Below, one piece after another: positions 21,519 to 34,198 of a stretch of DNA of 64,000 bases. The translations under genes were made by a program, and so were the position numbers. How positions within the stretch are numbered: the stretch's first letter is position 1; each line of letters opens with the position of its first letter. The notes beneath the pieces were generated by a model, which worked only from the letters and a program-made list of their open reading frames with translations, was not told the DNA's origin and made no database searches. The stretch comes from Octopus bimaculoides (Eukaryota): positions 173,367,293-173,431,292 of the forward strand of contig NC_068981.1 in NCBI RefSeq assembly GCF_001194135.2, read 5' to 3'.

Positions 21519-24500
21519 GTAAGTAAAGTTATTTAGTGCTGTTTGTCATCTTTTCATTTTATCTTGACTACATTCTATCATTACTATCTGGGTTTTTGCT
21601 AAATCAGAGGTTCTCAATATGGGTAGTAGCACCCCCTAACAGTTGCTGGGCATGTCAAAGAGAGTCAGTGAGGTAACTTAATTAACATACTAAATTTTAC
21701 CTATAGTAGTAATTATATTATACATACACTCTCGGAGTGGTTGGCATTAGGAAGGGCATCCAGCTGTAGAAACTCTGCCAAATCAGATTGGAGCCTGGTG
21801 TAGCCATCTGGTTTCACCAGTCCTCAGTCAAATCGTCCAACCCATGGAAAGTGGATGTTAAACGATGATGATGATGATGATAAAACTAATAATAATTATT
21901 AAAATAAAATGAGAGATAAGTAGTGTACTGCTACTTCTAGCAGGTCGAGCACCTGTATAGATTCTACACAGTTGCTTGACCTGCTAGGAATAGCAGCACT
22001 CTAACTCTCTCTCATTTTATTTTAATAACCATTACTAGTATTATCATATAATATAATTACTATTGTAGGTAAAAATTAAGTTAGTTTAGTCATGATACCT
22101 CACTAACCACTTAGGTGGCCACTAGATATAACAACTACAGGGGCGCTACAGAAACAAAATGGCAAAGAACCATTGTGTTAAATCTAAACTCAGTTGATCC
22201 ATGACTCATTTCATTTTGTTATGTTTTTTACATATATTTATCCAACCCATGATAGTAAGCCAGGTGTCTATCTTGTTGCTATCTTTATCTCTTTTTTTCA
22301 GTAAAGGATCACATCTTCAAAAGCTGATAATGGAGAAGCTCAAACATAAACAAATGCACACACACACATTTCATCATCATCAACATTTTAATGTCTGTTT
22401 TCCATGCTGGCATGGGTTGGATGGCTTAACAGGAACTAGCAAAACCAGAGGTTGCACCAGGTTCCATAGTCTGTTTTGACTTGGTTTCTACAGCTTGATG
22501 CCCTTCATTACACCAACCCCTTTACAGAGTGTACTGGGTGCTTTTTTATGTAGCACCACCACTAGTGCTTTTTACATACCACTTTGGTTTTAGGATCTCA
22601 ATTCTGTTTGGTGGGTGGGTCTTCTTGAGTACAGCAACGTGTCACATTTCTTGATCCTCTGTCATCATTTTGAGATCGGGAAAATATGGAACGTTTCACG
22701 AATTTGTGTGTCATCCACATGTGTGTGTACACATACACACACACACACACACACACATACACACAAGCAGATGACACATGTGAAGGCTCGTGACCTAGTG
22801 GTAAGCCTGTTGCACTCATGATTGCTGGATCACGGGTTCGATTCCCTGTCTGGGTGGCACGTTATGTTCTTGAGCAAAACACATCATTTCACATTGCTCC
22901 AGTCTCCCTTCAATCAAGGGGAATGTTGGCCTGCTCGACTAGCCAGCAGGGTGGCATCATTTGAAGGCTAAAACAATGCAAAAGCGCATTGTGACCAGTG
23001 ATACTGTAGAAGACATTTTCTCAAGATGCCATGCTGTGAGTCCAAACTAGAAACCATCTGGATAAGAAACAGATTTCATATTAGATATTCCATATCTATA
23101 GGTTTAACAGCTGGTTACTTTTGGTGTGGATTTTCTATTTAATATAATAAATTTTGCTTCATAGAGCTATTATATATTTAACTGGTATATTATTATATTA
23201 TTTACTAAGATACTGCTTAGTTAGGTATTTGTTGCCTACAATTTGTGGTTTAAATCTTATTTATGTTGATTTAGTTTTTCTCTCCCATTCAGGTTTCATA
23301 AAATAAATGAATGATTCATTGAAGGTGATTATGAAAATATTGTTTGAATTTTAACAAGTTTTTTGGCAGTATTTCTTTATACCTGTAGGGATTGGATATA
23401 GTCCCAGACCAACCAAAGCCTTGTGAGTGGATTTGGTAGGCGGATACTGAAAGAAACCTTTTGTGTGTATGTGTGTGTGTGTTACTGTCTCCTTATCTTC
23501 ACATCATGTGATGGTTGTAAGCAAGTGTCACCATCTTTGTAAGTGGTGCCTTTTGTTTCCAATTTTCTGTGAAAACATGTCTGGTAATGGGGAAATATTA
23601 CCTTACTTGGAAACAGGTGAGGTATGGTGACAGGAAGGGCATCTGACCATAGAAAATCTTCCCCAACAAATTCCATTTGACTTATGCAAGCATGGAAAAG
23701 TGGACAGTGGCTGTGTGGTAAGTAGCTTGCTTACGAACCACATGGTTCTGGGTTCAGTCCCACTGTGTGGCACCTTGGGCAAGTGTCTTTAAAACTATAG
23801 CCTCGGGCTGACCAAAGCCTTGTGAGTGGATTTGGTAGACAGAAACTGAAAGAAGCCCGTCGTATATATGTATGTGTGTGTATATGTTTGTGTGTCTGTG
23901 TTTGTCCCCCCAACATCACTTGACAACCGATGCTGTTGTGTTTACATCCCCGTAACTTAGCGGTTCAGCAAAAGAGACCGATAGAATAAGTACTAGGCTT
24001 ACAAAGAATATGTCCTGGGGTCGATTTGCTCGACTAAAGGTGGTGCTCCAGCATGGCCACAATCAAATGACTGAAACAAGTAAAAGAGTAAGAGTATGAT
24101 TAGAATATTAAATATATTTTTAGTAATCAAACATTGTCTCAGAAGCATGTATGGTTCTGAAGTATATGTTGTCCCTTTGATACTAGTTTGTTGTAATTTA
24201 CCTGCGTTATCTAATTCAGCAGTTTATAAAACTGTCATTGAATTATTGAGTTATTTTGTTTTTTACATTTTTTTCCTTCTTAATTACTTTCATTGTCAGA
24301 ATGTGGTTGGAAAAGAACAGTCAGGAAATCCAGAGGCTGTCTCTGGCAACTTTAGCCATTCAAGATGAAATTGACCGTCTTAGCCTTGTTCTAAAGGAAA
24401 AGTTAAAACTCCGAGAACTTCGATGGGATAGTGCATGGGGAAATATCCATTTCCGAGCTTGTTTAAAGAGCTTTGATCGTCTATATGCTGAAAATACCAT

Positions 24501-26127
24501 CAAATTTGAAAGCATTCTTAAAGGCAAGTTGTAATATAAATTTTGATAGTATTCCAACTATTTATATTTAAGAAATTTAAGCAAACTAATAATTATGATT
24601 TGTAAATTAAATATGTTTAGTGGTATTAATCATTATTTCATCATTTGTAGAATACAATATTAATCTGTGTGTGAAGGCTTGACTATACTAACATTTTAAT
24701 AAGTTTCTATATTTTTCAATACCCAGAACATTTGAATTTACATATCATCATGATAATCATCTTTGTTTTAGTATGTACTTTTCCATGCTTGCATAAGTTG
24801 GACAGAGTTTGCTGAGGTAGATTTTTTTTTTTTGGCCAGATACCTTTCCTGTTGTCAGCCTCCACTTGTTTCCAAGCAAGGTAACAGCATTCCCCCATGT
24901 ACATATGTACATTAATTATTTGAATAATGGAGCATACATAAGATAGTGGATGTGATAGTTAAAAGTCTTTTCATAAAAACTTTTAATTATTTATATAAAA
25001 TCATTCATGCTTATTAAAGACAGAATAAGAGGAAGAACACCTTATCACAAAACTAACTGACAAAGTTCTGTAACATCTGAGGTTTATCCCAGATTTTTAT
25101 AACATTTAGTAAAGCTTCCAGAACCTTTGGCATGACTATTTGGCAGAAATATTCACAAAACTTACTTTCAAGTCTATTGCTTATTTGGTTACATATTGGC
25201 TGATGATTGATCAAACCATGTTCATGTTAATGCCTCTTACAGCAATGCAGTTAACTTGTAGAAGTTGTTCTTGCCTTTTATGGCAATATAGTTAGGCTGT
25301 GGCCCTGAACTGGAGATCTAAGTGAGATGGTTAAAAACTTGACAGAAACTTCACTGCATATGAAGACTTTGTGAAAGGAAATGAAACATTAAGTTCATGC
25401 TTTTCACAAAAGTAGTAGTGCTATAGAGAGATGTACTTTCATCTAGTATTCAAAACCCTTTGCAATAACTCTTTAGCATTTAAACCGGCTGCATCAGGAC
25501 AAAATATTTTTCCTGTTTTATGTTCAAACTGGCCAGATCCATTTTCTCACACCTACTCTACAATGTTAGTCTAAAACATTTACAGTCCCATAATTGAAAT
25601 CTCAAGGCTACAAGATAATGCAGGATAAATTCAAAACAATGTGAATGAATGTGTTACATTTGATAGAATAATCTGAATGCTAAAGGGTTAAAAGTGGTAT
25701 TATTTCAAAGTCATTAATCTACTTATGAATGCTTATTAAACTGAATTTAAATATTGCAGCAGCTTAAATATTAATAAATTTAACAATATTTCAAATAATA
25801 ACACTAACGTATATACAATCTCTATTACTCTCTTTCTATTCCCTTCACATATTTCAGTTGATTAACTGAGAACTGTCTGCTCAATATTAGTTTAATAAAA
25901 AAAAAACAAAAAAACTTTAAATGTAATGAATTGGTAAATGGAGTATATATGAAACTTGAAAATAAAAGAAAGCATAATTTTCTTTATTTCTTAGATAGAA
26001 TATTGGTATTTGCAAGTTCTACTGGCGTAAATCTTCATGGTGAAATCATCATCAGTACTGAGCATGTTCCAACATTTTGGTTGTCTGTAAGTTGGTAATA
26101 TATACATACACATACATACATACATAC

Positions 26128-26170
<43 letters not shown>

Positions 26171-29100
26171 NNNNNNNNNNNNATAAACATTCAAAACTTT
26201 GCTTCTATATCTTACATTATTTTCAGTGTTACATTTTAGCTGATGGTGAGGAATGTATAATGTGCTTACTTTAATTTCATTAAAATACCTTCTTTCGATT
26301 AATTCCAACAGTTAAGGCTTATTCCAGTTTATTGACTCTCAGCTGGGGTCCATATAACCCTTGGGGGCCCACATAAGATTTTGTTGCTAAAATTTATGTG
26401 CAATAAATTTGTTATACTCTTACAAGATATTTTAACAATTTTTAATACAATTCCTAATAATATTTAATTGTAAAAATATAGTTGGATTTTTAAAATATTG
26501 CATGACTATGGGGGTCCATCCAAGTAAAATAGGAATCAAAGGGGTCCATAGATAAAAAAAAAAAAAATCATTGAGAACCACTGCTCTAAATAAAAGTTTT
26601 TGTCCCCACAATTTAAGGAATCAAGTTCATTATTATTGCTGCTAGTGGTGAGGTTGCATACTTGTTTTACTCCATATGGTTGTTGTTTAACCCCTGGTTA
26701 GTTCTGACCAAGCAGACTTATGATCTAAAGCATTTCAACTGTTACTACTCATTTTTTTAAAGACATAGTTTATCTAAGAGTACACTATAAAATGTATCTT
26801 TTTCTTTGAGATAGTTGTTTGTGATTTGAGGGAGATCTAGGTGCTATTTTTAGCAGGTTAAGTGACTGTAGAAAGAGACTCTCATTGGATTGTTTACCTC
26901 ATCTTTTTAAACAAGTCTAGACATTTGCATAAAAGATTGCTTAAGTTAATGTTATAATCATTGTAAATCTGTAATGACAACCTCTGAACTGGGATTTATG
27001 GTTGGTACCTGTTTTACAGTTGGATTGACTGAGGCAATATAGTTACATTTACTAAGATAATTTCCTTGAATCACAAAGCTGTGATTGCTAAAAATGAACT
27101 AAAGAACACTCTACTGTCTTAACAAAGGATGAATACATTGAACAGTGTTTAAGATACAATGATGGCATGGTCATAACTGGAATGCCTTTCATCATAAATC
27201 TTCTCAGCTAGGACTGACCTGGAGCTAAATAACAGCAACTACTATTTAATTACCCCCTCCCAAGGGATGAGTTTAAATGTAATAAAATGCAAATACACTA
27301 ATTTATACAGTGTGGATTGGTATGTTATGAAGGCCATGCCTTAGACATTAGTGAGATAAATGAAATGCAGTAACACATTACTAGGACATTATTCAAACAT
27401 TTATTTATAAAGCTTGGGATACTGTTGTCCGAAGATAATGTTCAGAAAATAGGGGTCGTTCTTTAGCAGAGATGAAAGAAGTTTATGGCATGGTTAAGAT
27501 AAATAAGAAGATTGTAGGTGATGTATCAATTCTACTCATAGCACACTGTTGATTGTCCTTTTTGGTATGTCTTTACATATGTGTGTGTGTGTGTATTCAT
27601 TTTTCTTTTTATTGTATGTGTGTGTTTTCAGAGGTAGAGGGAAATATTATAATTAGAATTAGTTGCTAAAGAAAAGAGTAGTTTTGCATTTAGTGTTTTT
27701 CATCATCTTTAGATGTGTTTCTGGGAGTTTATTTCATCAGTGTAAAATTGTGATTTTTTTTCTTAATAATATTAATAGATTGTTTTTTTTGTTTTGTTTT
27801 TGTTTTATATGAAAGTCTATGGTAGAATTTTTGTTTCTTTTCACTTCTACTGTTTTAATGTCCAACATTATTAAAATTACACTTTTGATCAACAGAAGCA
27901 GTAAAATCTGTAAGAGATTTATATTTCAATTTTCCCAGCTCTTCAATAATGTTCGAGCTTATGATCCCGTCCTGGCAAGATTACCTCATATGGAGAAAGA
28001 ACTGTCACAACTCATGAACAATATTCAAATTGTGCGTCGACAGAGAAAACATACAACCTTAATGGCTGAGCAATATGAAGAACTCTTGAACAAGTTAATC
28101 AACTCACTTCGCAAATGCCAGTTAGAAGCCAGTTTATATTTCTTGAAAGAAGACCTTTCAGATTTTGAATTAGTCTTGGAATGGTTTGTTGCTCACATAT
28201 TCCTATCTTACTTACTTTTGGTCAAGAGATTTAGTATGTATTTTATTATTGTTTTATTGTTGTTGTTGTTGTGATAATGACGATGCTAGCGTACGTTAAT
28301 TTAGTTAGCAGGTATTTTATCTTGAAGTTTGGTGAGAAACAGGTCTCCTCAACTCTCAAGAATCTTTCTTAGGATTTTTGCAGAATATAGGATAGCATTT
28401 TTCTACAGGTCGACAATGCGAGTTTCAATTCCAATTTCTTTCAATCTTTAAGATAATATTTTGGGTGTTGTACAAGTGCACCAATTACTACAGGAATAAT
28501 TCTTGTCTTGGTCTTCCAAAGCCTCCTCAGCTTTCTGACTAAATAAATACATACATACATGCATGCATACAAACATACATACATACATTTGTACGTACGT
28601 ACCTACATACATATGTATGTACGTACGTACGTACACACACACACTCAGACTCATATTATCATACATGTGAATATAGATGCAGGCATGGCTATGTGGTAGA
28701 AATCTTTCTTCTTGGCCATATGGTTTAGAGTTCAGTCCTTCTGCGTGGCAATTTGAGCTAGTGTCTTCAACAACAGCTCCAGGCTGACCAAAACCTTGTG
28801 AGTAAATTCGATAGATGAAAACTGAAAGAAGCCCATTATGTGTGTGTGTGTGTGTGTGTGCATACACACGTGTGTGTGTGTGCATGCACACATGTGTGTG
28901 TGTGTGTGCATGCACACATGTGTGTATGTGTGTTACTATTTCCTTCTCTTGATTTCATGTGTGTCACTGTCACGCAAGCAGTATCATTCATTGCCAACCT
29001 TCTGAGAAAACATGTCTGATCATTGGGAAGCATCACCTTATGTTTGGAAACAGATAAGGATTGGTGACAAGGACATCTGGCCATAGAAAATCCACCTCAA

Positions 29101-31005
29101 CAAATTCTGTTCAACCATGCAAGCATAGAAAAGTTGATGTTAAAACAAAAAATAAGGATGATGGTAATGTATATGTATATGTGTGCTTGTGAATGTTTAT
29201 ATTACGACTGTTATTTTTAGGTAAATATTTTCATAGCAACTACATCTAGGTGTATATATTTGCTTAACACTAACTGCATCCAAGTGGTATTGTTATATAG
29301 TTAAAGGGAGATGACACTTACAGAATTACACCAGTTTTTGAGTGATTGTTCTTTTCAAATTAGATTAAATTCAAATTATCATTACTGACTGATCATTCAG
29401 ATCTGGTTTGCACTTCTTAATTAAACACTTTTCTTTTGCTCTCCTTTTAGCCTCACTTGAGTCATAAAGTTTATTAAGTGAAAATATTGAAACATTAGAA
29501 TTGCAGCATGTTTTTAAATGAGTATTTAAAGGGGTCAGCTTGACATATGCATGTGTTTAACCCTTTGCCAAGGCATTTTCATAAGTTTCTCCTAAACATT
29601 TATGCTTGTTTTCAGACATTTAGTTAGCCCTTTGTTTCATATGGTCTGTGTAATGGCAAGCATTCCTTTCATAAGTCCTAAGTATTTTGAATAAAATGGG
29701 GATATTATCAAATATGATGCATGGATGCCAGGAAATTCTGTCCTGATACACAGGACAGACAAAGGATTTAGGCTATTTGTCAATGAGGACTCCTGTATGC
29801 TGATGGTTTAGCACTCATGGCTGAATCTGTTGAAGATAGAAAGAAGGAATTCCAATTGTGAAAGTGAAACCTGAAAGGTCTCAAAGAAATGAATTTTTGT
29901 ATATATATATTTACATCAGCTGTTTCAGTATAATTTTACACATGCGTGAAACATAAGACAAAGTGAAACATTGGGTGGCTTTCGCCTTTTGAAAGTGGGT
30001 AGGTGATGGGTGGGAGAGGTAGGAGAAGGGGCATTGAGTGTTTGTTTAAGAAAAATTAAACTTTAAAAATAAATAGGAAACAACTTCTCTCTCATTCCAG
30101 GGAGAAAAACTAGAGGTAGTTGATAGCTTCCGCTATCTGGGTGACCAAGTNNNNNNNNNNNNNNNNNNNNNNNNNNNNNNNNNNNNNNNNNNNNNNNNNN
30201 NNNNNNNNNNNNNNNNNNNNNNNNNNNNNNNNNNNNNNNNNNNNNNNNNNNNNNNNNNNNNNNNNNNNNNNNNNNNNNNNNNNNNNNNNNNNNNNNNNNN
30301 NNNNNNNNNNNNNNNNNNNNNNNNNNNNNNNNNNNNNNNNNNNNNNNNNNNNNNNNNNNNNNNNNNNNNNNNNNNNNNNNNNNNNNNNNNNNNNNNNNNN
30401 NNNNNNNNNNNNNNNNNNNNNNNNNNNNNNNNNNNNNNNNNNNNNNNNNNNNNNNNNNNNNNNNNNNNNNNNNNNNNNNNNNNNNNNNNNNNNNNNNNNN
30501 NNNNNNNNNNNNNNNNNNNNNNNNNNNNNNNNNNNNNNNNNNNNNNNNNNNNNNNNNNNNNNNNNNNNNNNNNNNNNNNNNNNNNNNNNNNNNNNNNNNN
30601 NNNNNNNNNNNNNNNNNNNNNNNNNNNNNNNNNNNNNNNNNNNNNNNNNNNNNNNNNNNNNNNNNNNNNNNNNNNNNNNNNNNNNNNNNNNNNNNNNNNN
30701 NNNNNNNNNNNNNNNNNNNNNNNNNNNNNNNNNNNNNNNNNNNNNNNNNNNNNNNNNNNNNNNNNNNNNNNNNNNNNNNNNNNNNNNNNNNNNNNNNNNN
30801 NNNNNNNNNNNNNNNNNNNNNNNNNNNNNNNNNNNNNNNNNNNNNNNNNNNNNNNNNNNNNNNNNNNNNNNNNNNNNNNNNNNNNNNNNNNNNNNNNNNN
30901 NNNNNNNNNNNNNNNNNNNNNNNNNNNNNNNNNNNNNNNNNNNNNNNNNNNNNNNNNNNNNNNNNNNNNNNNNNNNNNNNNNNNNNNNNNNNNNNNNNNN
31001 NNNNN

Positions 31006-31042
<37 letters not shown>

Positions 31043-33868
31043 ATATATGTATATATATATGTGTGTGTGTGTATATATATATGTGTGTGTGTGTGTGCAT
31101 GTGTGTGTGTGTGTGTGCGTGTGTGTGTATAAATAAATAGATGGAGTTAAATGCAGGTGTTATTCAAATTCTTTTACTTCCAACATATGTTTTGAAGACA
31201 ACATTGGTATTATTCCAAAGGAATAAAATGGTGTAAAACAATGTAATCTTCTCATCAGGGAAAGAAAGAAAGAAACCAAACTCATCAATAAGACATTTTA
31301 ACAAAATGTGATGGAGATGTATAATGATGAACGGAACCCTATTAAGTTTTTTTAAAGAGCCGTTAGAAGATATAACGTCAAAGGTAGCCTATAGAAAGAG
31401 AAGGGGTAAAGGAGAGATATAAGCAGAAAACTAATAAAGGAGAAGTATAGAGCGATATGTGAATTAAAATAAAAGCTTAAAGCCTTGGAAATAGATATAT
31501 TTAGTGGAAGTGAAATGTAAGAAGAAAATCAATGTTCAAATTATATATAACGGTAGATATCACTTACATGAACTAAAGGTATGTTTCTGCCAATGTTTAC
31601 ATCGACAAGCACGCTCTATAAACGTGTTTATAAGGAGAATCTTAGAAAATAGAATAGGAAATAGTTCACTATTACAGAGTTGGCAGAATTCTTTGCCTTT
31701 ATCATATGGGAATGAAATGGAGAGAATCAACCAATCTAAATTAAATTGTTTATTATGGTCTTTTAGATACCAAATTAATTTTTTAAGCTCTGTACTGTTG
31801 CATTTATTACTATCCCTAAATGTAGAGTAATGATTAGAAATTCTTTTAGATAACTGAGAAGAAGAACTACCTATATAAAAAAAGACATCGGTACCTGAAG
31901 TAATTTTACACTGGTATATAGAGATTTTAATCTTAGAATTACTAGACATAAACTTAATTCTGTTGGAATTGACTTCAGAGACAATAACCTTGTTATTAAT
32001 ATTTCTAGTGGGATGATTAATATTAGCTAAATTAATGTTAGTATTAGTAATTGGATTCTTATTTAACTGACTAATATTATGTGAGGAGATAATTTGTGCA
32101 AGTTAATAATCGAGTAATACCCAGAATTCTTCAGAAAATTCCTAATAATAGCTTCCCAAAACTGGAAAGGAAGATTAGATTTAATTTGTCTCCCATAAGG
32201 AATAATCAACCAAATAGTTTTGCTAGTAGTTGCCTTATTTTTAGTGTAACTATCTTTGAAAGACATTGATTTACCTTTAGAATGAAGAAAGGGGGTTAAA
32301 TAACGGATATCTCCCTTATGTTGTAAACAAACCTTCCTCTGTTTGGTGTTGGCATATAAATTAAAATTGAAATCGTTCATATCGTTACAACTAGATTGCA
32401 TGTCTCCATTACTAAAGGTAGAATAAGATTGAATAGAATTAATGTAGGTAACTTTTCCTGTATAACCTACTGTAAGTAAGGCAGAGTTATAAAATTCAGC
32501 TTTGTCATTGAAAATGTCAACATTAGCAGATAACTTAGACAATCTAAATGAAATATTCTTAACTAAATTCTTAGTGATTGCCCTAGAATGATTACTGAAT
32601 TGGCTAATATACTTAAGATTGGTTGATGGTTTGTGGTATGGGAAGTACGAATTATTGTGTAAGTTAAGTGTAATATCTAAAAAGTTGGCTTCCGTTACAT
32701 CATCATAAAAAAACGATGCCTAAGCCCATTCTATGGAAAAACTTAACTAAACTATTCTTAACCTTTTGTACTTTTTGGTCAGAAACATTTTGAAGATAGA
32801 GTAAACAATCATCACGATACAGACCTCCATTGATGCTTGGAAACTGTTCTGCCATTTCATAAAGTATATATATACTGACCAAATCAGCTATTTGTGCTGA
32901 ATCAGAACTTTCTATCGTGACATCAAAACCATCAGGTGTATCTTTACAGACCCACAGCTTATCAAATTTTATGATAGATTTTCTGGCAGCCAGCTATGGT
33001 AAAACTAAGCATGTCACACACACACACACACACACTACAAATTAGCTTGTCTGCACTCATTCATTCATTCAGTATAAAACATGTATACAAAAGCTATCTA
33101 CTTGTGTTTATTTTTGTAGCCAGTCTGGTCCATTTGCAGTATCACCCACTGGTCAGTTCCTAATACCTGGATCATGTCCTGGATCTCTTGTTATTGAATT
33201 CATTAACAAAAACAAAGCATTGGCTAAACAACTTTTAGCACAGGCACTCAGGTAAGCTTCAGTTGATTTATATTGTAAACTGTATGTCAGATCAAGATTT
33301 AACAAAGTTTATTTAACTTGGTGTAAATATCTTATAAAAAAAACAAATCAGAATTATTTTTTGTTTTTAGCATAAATTTCTGCAGTTATTGATGATGTGT
33401 TTTTATATTGATATTTACTAAGTTTAATATACAGGCTGGGCCAAAAGTCATGTGCCAAAACTTTTGACATTTTATTTAGATTATGCTATTAATATTATTA
33501 TCCATTTTGTCCGTACAAGTACATGTATATTCATCATTATTTTATTCAATTTTATAAAAATTGAAGCATGCCTTTGACAATTTAGGTATGTGTTGAACTT
33601 ATTTTGTGCATGACGTTTGGCTCACACACACACACACACACACACTAAGGTGCCAGTGTGGCTGTGTGGTAAGAAGTTTGTTTCCTAGCCACATGGTTTC
33701 AAGTTCAGCCCCACTGCATGTGCAAGTGTCTTCTACTATATCCCTGGCAGAACAAAGCCTTATGAATTGATTTGATAGATGGAAACTGAAAGAAACCTGC
33801 CATGTATATGTATGTGTGCATGTTTGTGTGCGTGTGTGTGTGCGTTACTGTTTCCTTACCTTGATGTC

Positions 33869-33911
<43 letters not shown>

Positions 33912-34152
33912 TATATATTTCTCTTAAACAAAATAAAAAAATTTTGTGTGCTCCACTTGTTAATTATGTGTTATTGCCATGTTTATAGTTTATTAATGGA
34001 CAGCTTTTAACTTTAGGCTGTTACCTCTTTGCATTGAGCCAACCATCTAAATAACAATTCTTCACATAGAAATCAGGCCAATATTTGTAGAGGAGAGACG
34101 CAGCCAATCGGATCAATTCTTATAAATTGCTGGCATAATGTTTTTACTTACA

Positions 34153-34198
<46 letters not shown>

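Noticed and set aside
23708-23790. SINE heads as tRNA genes (also ~22785, ~35010, ~43075)
   Set aside because: They have A/B-box-like motifs but no full cloverleaf, and continue directly into SINE bodies.
28448-29084. His/Thr/Tyr/Ile-rich ORFs (also 5100-5588, 22598-22821, 26077-26274, 33779-33988)
   Set aside because: Translations of (CA)n/(TA)n microsatellites and SINEs.
30063-31136. 345-aa and 338-aa ORFs in the track
   Set aside because: Almost entirely N gap plus microsatellite.
32970-32990. ARKS in the Penelope RT frame as another histone mimic
   Set aside because: Only four residues, within the structured RT region where an ARKS-like segment is usual for these elements.
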